The position numbers and the translations under genes are program-made. 55,774 bases of DNA from Bigelowiella natans CCMP2755 (taxonomy: Eukaryota > Protista > Cercozoa), in assembly GCA_000320545.1 (NCBI GenBank), contig ADNK01002494.1:1-55774 (forward strand). Reading direction: 5' to 3'. The notes beneath the pieces were generated by a model. It saw only the letters and a program-made list of their open reading frames with translations, had not been told where the DNA came from and ran no database searches. Positions 1-14,008 of the stretch are shown one piece after another. The stretch's first letter is position 1; every line of letters starts with the position of its first letter.

Positions 1-113
1 AGGCGGGGAATGTGCTCTTGGACACGATCGCAATGTATAGAATGCACGCAAAGCGAAAAGGGCGCGCACACAACACACACACACACACACATGCACATAA
101 TGACGAACGTATA

Positions 114-155
<42 letters not shown>

Positions 156-226
156 ATGTGATAAAATTATACATGTTGGTATATTTGTGTGTGTGTAAGA
201 GAAAACCTCGTATAATCAAATCTTGA

Positions 227-924
227 GTGTGTGTGTGTTTACGTCGCGAGAATGATCGAGAGAAGGAGGCGAATGCCCTCAAATCCCAGACATCGGTAAG
301 CAACCGCACTGAAAAGATGATGAAAACTTACCCACATAAAGTACTTTACAATGTTCACCTGTCATCATCATCATCGTCGTCATCATCATCATCATTACTA
401 GCATCACTAGCATCACTATCAATCTTATCATCCTTGCCCCTAATAGCTAGTTGTTGTTGGTGATGATGATGCTACTGATGATACTGATGATGATGATGAT
501 GATGAAGGACATATTTCATAGTATCACTCCCTGCTTGAGGTTCTCATTGCTGTCTATCCTTCCCCTTCCTCATCTCTCAAAGAAAAACAGCAGCAGTAGC
601 TCCAGTGGCAGCGTGTACGGTTTCAAAGATGCTTCTGCTGCGAATAAGACCATTGCTTTCGTCGAGGAGAATAAGCCCGACAGGTAGCATGAAGGATGAT
701 GATGATGATGATGATGATGACGATGACGATATACGAATAGCATATCACTAAGCTCACTCATAACTGATCCATCTCTAAATTGGATTTTTTCTCTTTCTCA
801 GGAGTCGTTCTCTGATCATAGCAATGGTGGGGGAAATGAGTGAGAGAGAGGGGAGGGGGGGGGGGAGGGGGAGAGCTAGTTTAGTAGGAAAGGGTAAAGC
901 GACTGAAAGAATGTATTACAACAA

Positions 925-956
<32 letters not shown>

Positions 957-1536
957 ACAGATAATTATATATATTCTTGTGTATGATATGCATGTTCGTG
1001 TCTATTGACATGGTTGGCCGTTCCAACAGATACTGGAACGTCGCTACCTTTTTTGTCTCCCCACCCCCCGTTTCCCCTTGCTTGGGTTGTATACACTTTT
1101 ATTTTGTATATTTTTATCAGCTACTAAGGAGAGCGCTGCGGCATCCTTACCAAACTGAGGGCATGAGAGACGCTGCTAAGGTACACGCACTGTGAGCTTG
1201 GCGCTCGTTCATCGCTGCCCTCCATATACCGCCCTCTGCTACCACATATGCACACTCCCTCCCTGCAGACACACGGACATTCACGTCACAGATACACACA
1301 TGCACACGCAACAGGTATTTCAGCGGTATCTAGAGTTGCGACGAACGCTCAGGGAGCAGCGCAAACATGAACAAAGAGCGAAGCTTTTGGAGGCTAAGCA
1401 GGAGCGAGTGCGGCAGCGTCAGACATCCAAGCTTGTTAGGCTGCGCGCTGATAAAAATCGCAAGAATTCTTCCAGAACTACCAATAGTACAGTACAAAAA
1501 GCAAGCAGAAGACACAGCAATGTCTCGCAGACGTAA
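227..1536 (+). CDS. 3' part of a multi-exon gene, hypothetical protein (5' end probably outside the window)
   Basis: Exons joined at GT-AG sites read ...SGSVYGFKDASAANKTIAFVEENKPDR / LLRRALRHPYQTEGMRDAAK / VFQRYLELRRTLREQRKHEQRAK... to TAA at 1536. The GFKD..A..T...RA..HP...M..A..VF pattern resembles an uncharacterised conserved helical domain. Confidence 0.45.
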
Positions 1537-2331
1537 CGACGAGGAATAAGGAGCAGTAGCCTTCAGCTCTCCAGTGCATATATCCTCAAGCGCCATCAAC
1601 GTTATAACGCGATTGACAACAACGTGTAAACATGAACATATATTTGGAGTGTCATTCGCGTGAGATTAGAAGCGTGCGCTCAAGGATGACAAGAGGAGCT
1701 GCGAGTATAAGAGACTTTGAATCTCTTATGAGTGTGCAGAAATTTGTAGCAGGGGGGTGCTCATGGTATCAGTGCTTTGTGGTATTCACACAGCACTAGA
1801 GTGTATAGCAACAATAGAAACAGTAGCGGCGCCGAAGCATATAATCCTGCTTCTACCGTTACATTATACGCCTGAGCCGATGATGATGTACCATCATGCA
1901 GTCTCTACGTTCATTTGTCATTAATTTAACATTGTGTTAAAATCGTGATCAGCATGCGCGTGTATCAGAATGCTTTGCCGCGGATGTTTTGTCGCAGATC
2001 GATGTCTACTCGTAGAGATGCGAAGCTATTGTTCATATGTGTTGTGAGCGTCATGATTTTCGTGCATTCGGAATAATTAAGCGCCACATCATACAAGTGC
2101 CGCTCAACTTATATATGCGTGCTTAATCTAGCTAATAACAGGCTGCTCGTGCACACATCTGGATGCATGCACACCGTTCTTCCTATTATATACTGAAGAG
2201 ATTTACTTCTGCATCGTTTTCATCCTGATTTGTGCGTGCGAGTAGTTTGTAGCAACATTGCACCTAAGTAAAGGGATTGCATTTACACCTATCATCACAT
2301 GCTGTAAAAGAGCAGTACAATGTCTGCTGCA

Positions 2332-2370
<39 letters not shown>

Positions 2371-2700
2371 AGGAGCCATGATACGCTGACTATGCCATAC
2401 AGCATGGCAGAATTGGAACATCGCCCACAGTTTCACCTCCAGAAGATGTTGGCCAAAAGCACAAAACTATATAACATCGAAGTGGTACTGAATGACGCAT
2501 CTCATCTGCTTTGGTCGCCATACGCATAGAGGTGCATTTTCTGCTAAATTATTGTGCAACACTGAGCGCCTTGGTCAGGGGGTACGATGTACCCTTCCAC
2601 CTCTACACGCTGCCCAGATTTCACAACCGAGCTCACGAGCCTGAGTAGTAAGCGGGTAGTGGTAGTAGTAGTAGTAGTAGGAAAGAGTAGTCGAGAAAGA

Positions 2701-3109
2701 TCAGAACCAAATGGCACGGACTTTGTGCAGACAAAGTAATTTGGATACAGAATGAAAAGTAGCCGTTAATAATGGGATAGCACCACACCTCCTGTCGTTC
2801 TCATCGTATGATTCAAACCCAACGTGTAGGTGGGTAAGGTCCAGCATAGCGCCATCGGTCGTCTGCACGAGCTGATACCATAAATCAGCAAGCATGCAAA
2901 AATGTTAAGGACGAGTCTCGTCATTATCATCGTCTTCATCGTCGTCGTCACTTGTTATTCACCAGCATTCTTATTCTTTCTGCCACCAACCTGCGCCTCT
3001 TCTAACGCTACCAGAAGGTCAAATATCGTCGTATTTGCTGGAATCGTCACCTCGATGCCTACACAGTGTAGTAGGGAAGGACGAGGAATGAATACATGTG
3101 TCAATGTGA

Positions 3110-3140
<31 letters not shown>

Positions 3141-3567
3141 GTTTGATGGTTTGATTAGTCTTTTCCTGCATATTATTATACCGTTACGGTCTGCACCGAA
3201 CTCCGCATCTTGCATCTGCGGCCCTGTAGTAGCCTTTGTTGCTGGAGAGGAGCTCTGTTGTTGTTGTTGTTGTTGTTGTTATTATTATTATTGCTGTGCT
3301 TGTTGAATAGAAGACATGGTCATTGATGATACGTCGCAGAACAATGCATTAGTGTTGGATAATATATTTGTTATTTTGTATTTTCATCGTTCACTTTCCA
3401 CCACGACCATGCTCTGTTGCCAGCATGTTTTAGATGTTTCAATAGAAGCAGAAAATAGACCGTTGTCGCCATCATCTGTGACTGCTGCCCGGGCGAGGTT
3501 GGGGGAACCCTAAATTGAAATGTGGAGCCCCCCTTTGCCCCTTTTGGGATAGGAACCTGCACACACA

Positions 3568-3600
<33 letters not shown>

Positions 3601-3601
3601 G

Positions 3602-3636
<35 letters not shown>

Positions 3637-3980
3637 TCAGCAGGAGTATCGTAGATATCAAAGAAACTTTGAGGAAACCCCATGATGTAGGGATTGTTTG
3701 TATTGCCGTCACCCCTCATCTCATCATCAGCACCACCATCATTATCATCATTCTCTACCTCCATTAGCTGTCCTTGTGGTGTCTGGAACTGCAGCATCAT
3801 ACCTTTTTATCGAATTGGACTTCATCATTATAATTTGATGATATTTAATAGTTGGTGAACATTGTAGTTACCTTCATCCATGCCGTGAGGCACCTCGATC
3901 TCAAGAAGTTCCCCGCCACTCGCCCCCCCCCCCACCTGTGGAGGCATAGAAGGTCCCCAAACTCGAGTCTGATACATCAT
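2701..3980 (-). CDS. Multi-exon hypothetical protein
   Basis: Coding-like segments MMYQTRVWGPSMPP..ELLEIEVPHGMDEG / MMLQFQTPQGQLME / VPIPKGAKGGSTFQF / GIEVTIPANTTIFDLLVALE / LADLWYQLVQTTDG...AIWF*, separated by microsatellite introns. Confidence 0.45.
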
Positions 3981-4109
3981 AGAAGGGGGAGCGATGCTTA
4001 ATGAAATGCGGACGCATTTCTTTGAGATGGCGACGAGAAGTTTTGATAGTAATCTAACTACATTTTACAATCTAACTACATTTTACAAAGTAAATATTAT
4101 GTGTATATA

Positions 4110-4143
<34 letters not shown>

Positions 4144-4635
4144 ATCTTATTTTATTTTTAGTGGGGGAGGGGGGCGGGGGGGGAGGAGGTCTATAACTCA
4201 CCGTAAGATTAGGAGGTAGTGGCTGGCCTGGAGGGCCTGATACATGTGACGATTATCATAATTTACGATGTTACGTATTGGTGAGTTTGTTTGCATCAAA
4301 ACAACAATGACAACAACTATTTCCACTACTACCACTACTACTTACTACCGATATCCGCGGGAACCGCCACCTGCATCAACTGTCCTCCTACATTGGCCTG
4401 GAAGTGCTCGCCCGGCTTCAAACCTTTCATTTTCCAATTATTACGGATACTCATTAAATGAAAAGAGCGAGCGATCCGCACATGCTGTTGTTTTCGCGCG
4501 GCTGCATCCTTCCTACGATGCGCTACTAGCTTTCATCTTTTGATGGAGAAGGACATGGTATGCTGTCATAAGCAACAACCGGGAAAACGTGATATATCTA
4601 CGTAGTGGTATCGTTGGTGAATGGAGAATATAGCT

Positions 4636-4840
4636 TCATCTACTGACCCGCAGGAATGGGAACGTCGAATTGCATCTTTGACTCAGCTCCTTGCTGTTGG
4701 CCGATTCCTGTCTGGGTCGCTTTCTTGACCGAAGGCTGTTAGCATTGGCCATCATCAATTTCGACGTGAATGTTGCACATATTACTCGAACATATCGCAA
4801 CGCGTATCCTGTATACACTTACTTACAACACGCACATACG

Positions 4841-4879
<39 letters not shown>

Positions 4880-5045
4880 GCGCGCATACATTGTACGGGT
4901 ACGTTTCGTTCATCGAACCTGTAATTCAGCAATAGAGATGGTCGAAGTTTCCGAGCTGTTAATATCACGACTCAGAGGCAGAGTAGAGATGATGATGATG
5001 ATGATGATAATCATCATCATCATCATCATCATCATCTTCATCGAT

Positions 5046-5076
<31 letters not shown>

Positions 5077-6428
5077 GTCGTCGTCATCACGATGACTGCA
5101 CAAAATACGGAACAACCTGATATTGACGGTAAGAAAGCATGTGTATACTTCAGGATCGACCTGAACCACGGGGGGGAGAAGGAGGAGGAGGAGGATCAGC
5201 AAATTTATTGCATAGATTTGGCAGCCATTTGTTATCATATATGGTTCTCCTGCATAAAGGCACCAAATCAACGGGGTAGGTAGGCTGTTAGGTAGGTAGG
5301 TATCAGTGTGAAGGAAGTGGATGATGATGCAGAACGACGAGCATCCAACCTTGGTATATTTACTGTCGGACGTGGGAGTAGAATTATAGTGCTGCTGCTG
5401 CCCCTGAATGCCATTGTGGGCTTGATTCTGAAAAGCAGGTGCTTGGTTCTGTCGCAAGTATCGCTGGCCGTTCTTTCCATAACTAAGAAGTGTTGAAGGG
5501 GGGGGGGGGGGGGGGAATTATCGCCATGGACACGTTGGCACGATTTCAGTATATGTTCGCATTGGCATCAACGTGGAATAATATGGTCTAAAGAGTTTGT
5601 TGTTGGCACGTGTGAGAGTAACTGTAGTGAGTGAATACTTATTAATAATCATACGTTCTTAGAGCGCCGAAGGTACCGACAGTCAGCACAGGCGCGGGAG
5701 TCATTCCCCAACCTAATAGACCGTGACTCGTTATTACTTCAGATCTTTGTGCTTATTGTGATGATAAAATGGCATACTCCACCCTTTCACCATTCGAAAT
5801 TTTCAGTATTTATTAAGAAATACATGTTGCTTTAGCGCCTTGTGCAACCATATTTGTAAATATATACCAACGCGTCTTCGAGACCGTGTTCCTGCCCAAG
5901 ACACAGCAAATTTGCAGATTCGCTTTGCCTGAACAATTTTCATCAAGGATTTCAGGGATATAGAACTTCCTGACACACACCAACACCGCACACACACACA
6001 CACACACACACTCACTCACTCACTCACTTTAGAAGCTCAATAACTGTTATGCTAAGCGGGTAGAAAATTTAGAACGTTCTGGTCGTATATGAGGAAATTA
6101 CTTCTCTCCGAGTTCGGTGAGCAGTTGTCCTGGCTTTGTGTCGAGCGGAATGTGCTCCTCGGCGGACATGAGGACGACATCTGCGCGGTTAAAGCGTAAG
6201 CGATGTTAATGCTACACAAAACACCAAAATATATCCCGACCTGTTAAGTCTAGAAGCAGCTAGCCCTCCAGTCCTTCGAAACGCCCCTCCAGTTTTTCGA
6301 ATCCCACTTCGAGCACCACCTCCAATCCTACGTGCACCTCCTCCTATTCTGGCTCCTAATCTGCCTCCTATTCTGCCTGCGATTCGCCCCATGCCTCCTG
6401 GTTCTTGCTTGGGGTTACTAAGTGCCAA
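4636..6428 (-). CDS. Probable multi-exon hypothetical gene with an N-terminal RG/GGR-rich segment (boundaries uncertain)
   Basis: ORF 6189-6428 (GRIAGRIGGRLGARIGGGARR...) followed by coding-like blocks at about 5870-5970, 5350-5490 and 4640-4760. Exon phase was not resolved. Confidence 0.3.
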
Positions 6429-6787
6429 TTTTTCAGAGAGACTGATGTTGTTTTGTGTCTCTCTCTGCTAACGTAACACTCCAGGACAAAAATTTGTAAG
6501 TTTGATTTCGTGTCGGAACTTGAGCAAGAAGGACTCGTAAAAAGCCTTTGTTGTACGACGGAGATCTGGGGGAAAAATTCGCTCGTAGATCTACGACATA
6601 GATCTAGTTAACGAGCATAGCAGTGTTTTTGTGCAATACCGACCAGCGGATTTGGCGGGAAGGTGTTCGTGAGTTTAGGCCGAGATCATCTCGAAGAAGA
6701 CTCGAAATCATTGATTAGGAAAGCTCCTGCTCCTCCCCCAATTCATACCTGTAACGAGCTTGACTGACGAAGTACGACTTCCTCGCC

Positions 6788-7804
6788 ATGAGGAGGAACA
6801 TAACCCAATATCCCTCAAGCTCTATTTACAACGGTCTGGGTACTCCTCAGTCTTGGCATGAACCTGACGAATACTCTTCCTATGAGGGAGGTCAGTTTAG
6901 AGCGGAAGCTCCACCAAAAACGATGATGAAACCGCGAACCGAGAAATCTGTAGCCGCAAAGAAAAGCAGCATGCAGAGGAGGTGCGACCGAATATTTGAT
7001 TTAATGTTACGGGAGATTTGCCAAGGAGACATTGCCAAGATGGAGAAATGCTTTGAGGCCTTCATGGACTCCAAACTTGGTGACCGAAAATATCAACCTG
7101 AAGCAAAGTATGATCACCACAGACGGATCGCAAAACAACATGTGGAGGACGATGAAGTGCAAACATATTCTCAATCTGCCCGTGGGGTATCCGCAGAGCG
7201 TGGGGATAGGGGCAATGATCCTTATTCTTCGTATCAACCTTCCTTCGACAAATTTGCAACCACTGCTGAATCTACTGCTTTGAAGAAGACGAAGAAGAAG
7301 AAAAATAATACTGGTAATCGAAACATCCAAAGAGTTAGGAGATCCCTTCAGCCTACTGAAACTACATCACCTCCTCCCTCGCATAAAAGCTCCCGAGGAA
7401 GGGAGGCAACAATACGGAGAAGTATGCGTTCAACCACGAAACGAAGGTCCAAGAGCATGGTGCTCTCGAAGTCGCACAGTATGAGCTCACTCTCACATGC
7501 GAGGGCGAAAGGGAGAGAAACAGCATCACCTTTCCACTCCACTTCCACAATTTCTTTTTCTGACACTCGAGATCGGAGGAAATCCGTGAACAATGCTCGG
7601 CAGGCAAATGTCGCAGCGAGAAGACTACAGGAACTCCAGCGGGCGATGCGAGCTTTCCGTAACAATCCTTGCTCACAAACAAGAAGAAGGTTGCAGAGGG
7701 CTAAAGCCGCTGTTGAGGGTAAACACGTAGAAGCACAACCAACATCTTTAAATCCCATGGGTGCGATGGTTGGCATTGAAAAAGCTCCGAGTAAATTCAG
7801 ATGA
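6788..7804 (+). CDS. Single-exon, basic S/R/K-rich hypothetical protein (338 aa)
   Basis: ATG-initiated 1017-bp ORF free of microsatellites, divergent from the minus-strand gene. No recognisable domain. Confidence 0.55.
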   Translation: MRRNITQYPSSSIYNGLGTPQSWHEPDEYSSYEGGQFRAEAPPKTMMKPRTEKSVAAKKSSMQRRCDRIFDLMLREICQGDIAKMEKCFEAFMDSKLGDRKYQPEAKYDHHRRIAKQHVEDDEVQTYSQSARGVSAERGDRGNDPYSSYQPSFDKFATTAESTALKKTKKKKNNTGNRNIQRVRRSLQPTETTSPPPSHKSSRGREATIRRSMRSTTKRRSKSMVLSKSHSMSSLSHARAKGRETASPFHSTSTISFSDTRDRRKSVNNARQANVAARRLQELQRAMRAFRNNPCSQTRRRLQRAKAAVEGKHVEAQPTSLNPMGAMVGIEKAPSKFR

Positions 7805-7919
7805 TGAATGTGCAAGTTCACTGGTGATGCACATAGCTAATGTAAATTATTGTGACAACATTTGTTGTTTCATGTGATGTCATGTTTTCACATTCGTGTA
7901 TGTGAACTACACGTGATGA

Positions 7920-8640
7920 TGAACATGGTGTGCATGTCTAGTCATTGCTTCTCAATGACCAAGTCATGCCATTTTGGCAAACCAGCTAGTTGATTTGCAC
8001 ATTTGCTAGTCACAGTCCTCACTGAAACCAGTTCGAGGCACTGCATTTTGCACGCTGCAAGTGTCTTGCAACACTTTGGAAATGTAGTTTTTCATCATTG
8101 TTTCATTGTTTCTGTGCATCATCCTTGCTCCAGTGCTGCTGTGTGCGCTTCAAGTTTGCGGCGCTACGCTCGATCAATTCCTCCCCAAACTGCAGCGAGA
8201 CCATGAGTGAATTGACAATGAATGAATGAAAAGACAGATGCAGGAGTTCCATGGGTTCAGGTGGCACGCAGCACATGGACTTGTGGACTCACAAGTCCCC
8301 ATGGCAGCCAATGTTGGCTGCTTGCAACGAAGGGTGCTCAGAAGACAGAAACGAAGTGTTTGCGCACGCATGCACGCATGCCCGCATGGAAAGTGTTCAA
8401 AGCACCACTCATCCAATTCTTCCTCAAGGAAGTCACAAACGATCAAAGCATTTTCTGGTGCGCGACCAGTGCAAAGCCAAAACGTGAACAAAGCAAAAAA
8501 GATTCCTCAGGCAGAGTTTCTCAGCAGCGGAAGAAGTTTGGAGTGGATTCCGAGCATGATACGGACCAAAACCCGGGGAGTGACACCCCCTTGAACATGG
8601 CCTGCTCCCCGACGTCCTCCTCGATCGACAAAATTGAGAA
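7920..8640. other. TpA-depleted, CTAG-retaining tract
   Basis: Manual count: about 6 TA in 720 bp, 3 of them in CTAG. None between about 8170 and 8558. Confidence 0.85.
7941..8112 (+). repeat. Copy 1 of a ~170-bp repeat (inverted partner at 15766-15929) with an outer terminal hairpin GTCATTG-CTTCT-CAATGAC
   Basis: Matches the reverse complement of 15766-15929 except for one 8-bp indel and one GTAG/GCAG substitution. Confidence 0.9.
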
Positions 8641-9547
8641 AGTTGGAAGTGTTTTCCCAACGGCATTCAACCTTTCGGTGCATCCTAGCTGTAACAAACA
8701 GGTGTAGTTCTTTACCGCAGAGACAAAGCGACCTTAATTTTTGTCGCATAAGAGAAGTGAGTTAATGTTGTCGCGATACAGAATCAAACTGCTTTTTTCA
8801 TCTGGAGCAGCTTCAACAAGAACACTCAAATTTCATGCATCCAGCTTTGCGTACAAACTCCTAAAGCTGTGAATAACGACAAGTAAAACAAAAAGTTTCT
8901 TTGTGGAAACCCCATGTCAGCGCCTTCGTAGCCTGATGAAGGATATTTTGAAGGAAGCTCGAATTATTTCGGGCAAAAATACCTGGAAATGCAAACTGTG
9001 GACCACGAGAAGCGGCGTAGTTCGGGAGAGCTGAACAAGACAGTAATTATCCGAAAACCTGCATCGGGTCTCAGAATACATAGTGTCTTTATTAAATGTT
9101 CGTAACATAGGATGTCGTAGAAATAAATTCCCGTCTTTGCTCAATATAGCCCGAAAATTTGTTGCTGAATATCAGCTGAAATCAAGCACGTCTTCCGCTG
9201 CGAGACTGCTCTCAGCCCCATTACGGGAACTGTGTCGATAAATTGGCTGACAGAAAGAATTGAACATCACTAGTCTCTCCCGAAAAGGTGAGTACACCAA
9301 CAGGGCCTAATAGTATAGTGCCTGAGGGCAAAGTCGGTGTTAGTTTATCTTGCCATGATCGGAACTTCGGTTCCGGTCTCTTAATATTTTTTAAGTTTGC
9401 AATGCTTGCTTGCCTGCAGCAGTTATGTCGTTTGAACTTGTCAAGTTTTCCGAAAGAAGATGATGTGTGGACATGCAAGGAAGGAAGAGAAAGAAATAAA
9501 TTTTTCTGATAGTTGAGCGATGCAGGAAAAATATTCAACGCAGTCAA
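8174..9547 (-). pseudogene. Possible gene or relic whose 3' part is eroded in the TpA-depleted tract
   Basis: Coding-like, microsatellite-free sequence with fragmentary ORFs (e.g. APENALIVCDFLEEELDEWCFEHFP). I could not build a coherent gene model. Confidence 0.25.
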
Positions 9548-9700
9548 TAAAACTGCTGATCTTCCCCTAATATCTCATCCCTTAATGTAATGGTTTTTCT
9601 ATCAGCGATCCGAAAGGTAGCAATAGAGAGGCAGCAATAGAGTGCTGACACGGAGACATAAAAATAATAGCACTCCCGGTCCTCTTTGCCTTAAGTGATT

Positions 9701-10167
9701 ATGGCGGATCGGAAGCCGCCGCCCCCTCCTAAACCACGTCGGACTGTGACAAAAAAAAACAATGAAGTTGGCGGGAAGAGGGTTGCATCGAAAGGGGGCA
9801 TCTCGGAGAATGCTGCCAGACCCAATGACGGAAGTCGTAGAAGTCACAAAGGCAATAGTCGAAATCACCTGTCCCGGCGATGCAGGAACAAGATCTCGTA
9901 TCGTACACCAAGGCGGTTTAAGACTGCTTTCAACTTCTTCCAGCTACAGGCGTTGCGAAAAATGTGGGACGCTGATACCCCAAGGGAGCAAAGAGCACAC
10001 GAGAATGAACAACTTTGCAGGTGCGACTTGCGCCCCACCCTTTATCCTCCCCCCTGTTTCCCTGAATCATCGTACCCTAAACCTCCTCATGGTCACCACC
10101 CTTCCTTCCGTCTGTAGAGTGGATTCCATTTATCCTGGATAAATGGAGGGGAGGAATCACAATGATT

Positions 10168-10216
<49 letters not shown>

Positions 10217-11913
10217 TGATCGCAAGGATATGATGATGATAACAAATAGGCTGGTCGGGAAGCAATGGAGGGAGATGGGTGCGGACGAGAAAGCTCCTTT
10301 CTTGAAAATGGCTGATGAGGACAAGGTGATGCTATTCCTGTATTGCAATATATGGTGCTGGTAGACAGTAAAAATCGACGACTTAAAATCAAAAATAATG
10401 TCAGAGCCAGAACACAAACATTATATTCCACGACACAGCTTGCAGGATCAACGGTGTTGGTTGCTCTCAAGCTGAACATCTTACTAAAACAATATTAAAT
10501 ATGTAAGGACCGCTACAAAAGAGAAGTCGCCGAGATGGAGAAGAACGAGGGAGAGCATGGAAGGAGGGGAGGGAGAGGAAGGAATGGAGGACGGGGACGA
10601 CGGAGACGCCGAAAGGCACGAGAAAGTCCAGCTTCAAAATCACAACAGGTGATGCTGCAGCGAATAAAATTGTTTTATTTCCACATATGTCCTGAAGGAT
10701 GGTTTCCCACCTATCCTCCGTCCTCACCTTTTTAGGAAATGAAGAAAGTGCATAAAAATGAAGAGACAAATCCAGAAACAGTTGGTGGGAACGAGGGAGA
10801 GCGCCGAAGTGGTAATTATGACGAAGAAGACGATGATGATCGTGCAGCGGTCAATATCGTACCCAGTGTCGAATTCATCATCGATCAATCTATTGGTGCA
10901 GTCGGTGGTGGTGGTGGTGGTGGGTCCAACGTTCTTCAGGATGCTTCGAAAGTATCTTTGGTGAATCATGTTGCACCTACAGGCAGTTCCCCTTTCTCCG
11001 CCCCTCCACTTCCCCCTATTGACGGGAAAAAGAGAGCTAGCAAGCAGGAAATGAGGACACCTCTTGAGGCCGGAAACGGGGGTAGTAGTAATTATAGCAG
11101 CAGCAGCAGTATAAATAGGAGGCAGAGGATGAAAAGAACGAAGAACACAAAGGGTGTATTACCAGCTACTAGTAGCAGAATCGATGACCCAATCAACTAC
11201 CACACTACCCCTCATCAAAACGCTGCTTCTTACCCTCCTACCACCCTTGACTCAACGTTAATGTACTACTCGCAGTACAGTCATTCTTCCTCGTCCTCCC
11301 CTTCCTCCTTCTCCGCCGCTGCCGCCTCTACCTCTTCTCTACGAGCATCAACGGCCGCAGCAGCGGCGTTAAATTCCTTCTCACCTTCCTCATTTTATGT
11401 GAAGAAGCAGAAGCAGCGGCGACAACATCAACAGCACCAACCACTAGCATCACCACCCAGAAGGAACACGGAACTACTACAACAGCAGAGGGGGGGGGGT
11501 GGGAACAATCGGAAAAGGGCTAGAAAGAGAGCAGCGAGTAGCAGCGATGTTGACTTTGAAAGGAGGAGAGAAAATGGCGGAAGGAATGAACTCACCCCCT
11601 CCCCCACGAGCCCGGGCAATGATTTTCCGTTCCTTAGCTCTGGGTTTGACGAGTCAGGATCATCATCATCGACGAAGGAAGGGAGAGGGGAAAATCAGAT
11701 GATGATGGGGGTTGATGGGTCTTCATCATCATCAGCTATGACTCCCTCCCTCCCTCAGTTTGCATTGGGTTTTATGTTACAGGTTAGTGTGAAAAAGAGG
11801 TTAGGGGGGAGGGAGTGGAACTGGGGGGCAGGGAGTTCAGTGATACTAATGATGATTTTTTCCATATTCACCAATCTGATTATCATAATGTAATACAAGG
11901 GCTAGGATTATTA

Positions 11914-11954
<41 letters not shown>

Positions 11955-12174
11955 CGCGGTTTAACGATATCTGGGTGGTACAATGATTTTGCCGATTTGG
12001 TCTTGATGAACATCATTGTTTTCCCTTTAATCATTGTTTCAGGATGGTTACGATGACAACCGAGGTCAGTAGGGAGGAGGATAGAAAGAGGAAGGCGCGG
12101 GGGGAATAGTGCATTATTTACCGCAATATGAGCTGGAAAGAAGGTGTGACGAAGTACCTAAAATCTAATCGTGA

Positions 12175-12213
<39 letters not shown>

Positions 12214-13953
12214 CATTCGTGCGTTCTTAACGTAATAGGACTTGAATGGGACGAGGAGGAGGACCGAAAACTCGGAAAAACAACATTGGATAGAAGTAAT
12301 GATCACTGTAGTATAATAGTGGCAAATGTGAAAATCATACATGTGAGTAGACACATATTGCTTTGATAGAAAACAAGCCTTTGAGATAGAAACGCCACTC
12401 TCCATTTCCACCTTTTTGTTGGTCCTTTATGAATTCGCACCCATCTCTCACCCCCCCCCCCCCCCCCCCCCCGCCCTACCGGGATCCCTGTTGGGTATGA
12501 TATACACGGTGTCGTTGCAGTTTTGTTGGTGATGTTGCGGCCTTGTATCTATTGTCAGGCATCGTTTATTTTATGTTTCTGATAGTGTTGTTGGTGGTGG
12601 TGGTGATGTGGTTTGCTGCATTAGCGGAACGACGATTCGTCCATCCAACTGGACGATTTTCTGATCTCTCTGAGCAATGAGGAGAAGAAGAAGAAGGGAT
12701 CCCACGAAAACAAGGTGGTGGAGGAACCGCACACCGACGCACACGCACGATATTGGCCATAAATCCATCCTAATACCAATCAGTTGTAGTAGTTTTATCA
12801 GAGAAGTAGAGACTAATGTAGCGATGATTCGTCGTTCTTTCAAAAACACATCGGGGTTCATTCCATGTCTATCCTCTCCCCCATTGTCCTCTTTGCTTTT
12901 GCTTGCTGCAGAAGCAACACGAAGAGCCCGGCGAAATCGAGCACGTGAAGGAGCAGAAGCAACAGGAGGGGCGAGAGGACCGAAGAAAGGAATACGATGG
13001 TGCTGTGTATAAACAGACAGCATCGAAGATTGAGGCGCCAACTAATATGGCGTCTCCTTCGTTATTATTGTCCCCTTCATCTTGGATGAGACCCTACACC
13101 AAGGTTGAATCTTCCTCTACATTGCATCATCACTCTTCTACCCCTGCGGTGGCAATTACCGCAACACCTGCAACGCCTACGCGAGGGGGGGGAGGAGAGG
13201 AAGGAAAGGGAGAGGATACCACTGTCGGTACAGCTGTCTCTCATTTCCCACAACGACAGCAGCAGCAGCAGCAGCCGACACAGCCATCACCTTTACCGCT
13301 GCAGAATCGTAATAATTACCAATATCATCAACAGCAACAACATCGTTCGCCTCGCCATGAATACCATTCCCCCCCTCTTCCACCAAACCAAAAGCATCCT
13401 CCTCACCTTGTAGCGAAGACTATATCAGTCGTTGCTATTCCTGCCATTACTTCTATAACGCGCCCCGCCCCTACAAATTCTACTGTGAACAGTGCTGCTA
13501 CTACTACAACTACTACTACTACTACTTCTTCTATTGCTGGGAAAGGGGCTATCATGCTCATGGCTCCTCAATACAATAACGTTGCATCGTCATCTACCTC
13601 TTTCTGTCACCCGCCGAGGAAGCAACCATCTCCCCAGCAGCAGCAGCAGCAGCAGCATACCATCTCTACCTTAAGAAGAGATCCTTCACTGTATATGAAT
13701 AATCCTGCAGCTGTCACTACTCGATATGTTCCTAATTATCCTCAGCAGCAGCAGAATCGCAATCATCTCCTCCCGTCCTTCACTACTCCCCGCAGTACTC
13801 CTCTTCTTCTTCCTTCTCCTCCTGCTTCTCGGCACCAGAACCTCCTTCAACAACGCCCACTAGGGAATAAGATCCAACAGCGGCAATATCGTAAAGGAGA
13901 CTCATGGAAGATGCTACCTTGTCCCTCTCCTTCCCCCACCTCGTCTGTGGTAA

Positions 13954-14008
<55 letters not shown>

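Noticed and set aside
4051-4088. 18-bp tandem duplication AATCTAACTACATTTTAC
   Set aside because: An ordinary local duplication with no further structure.
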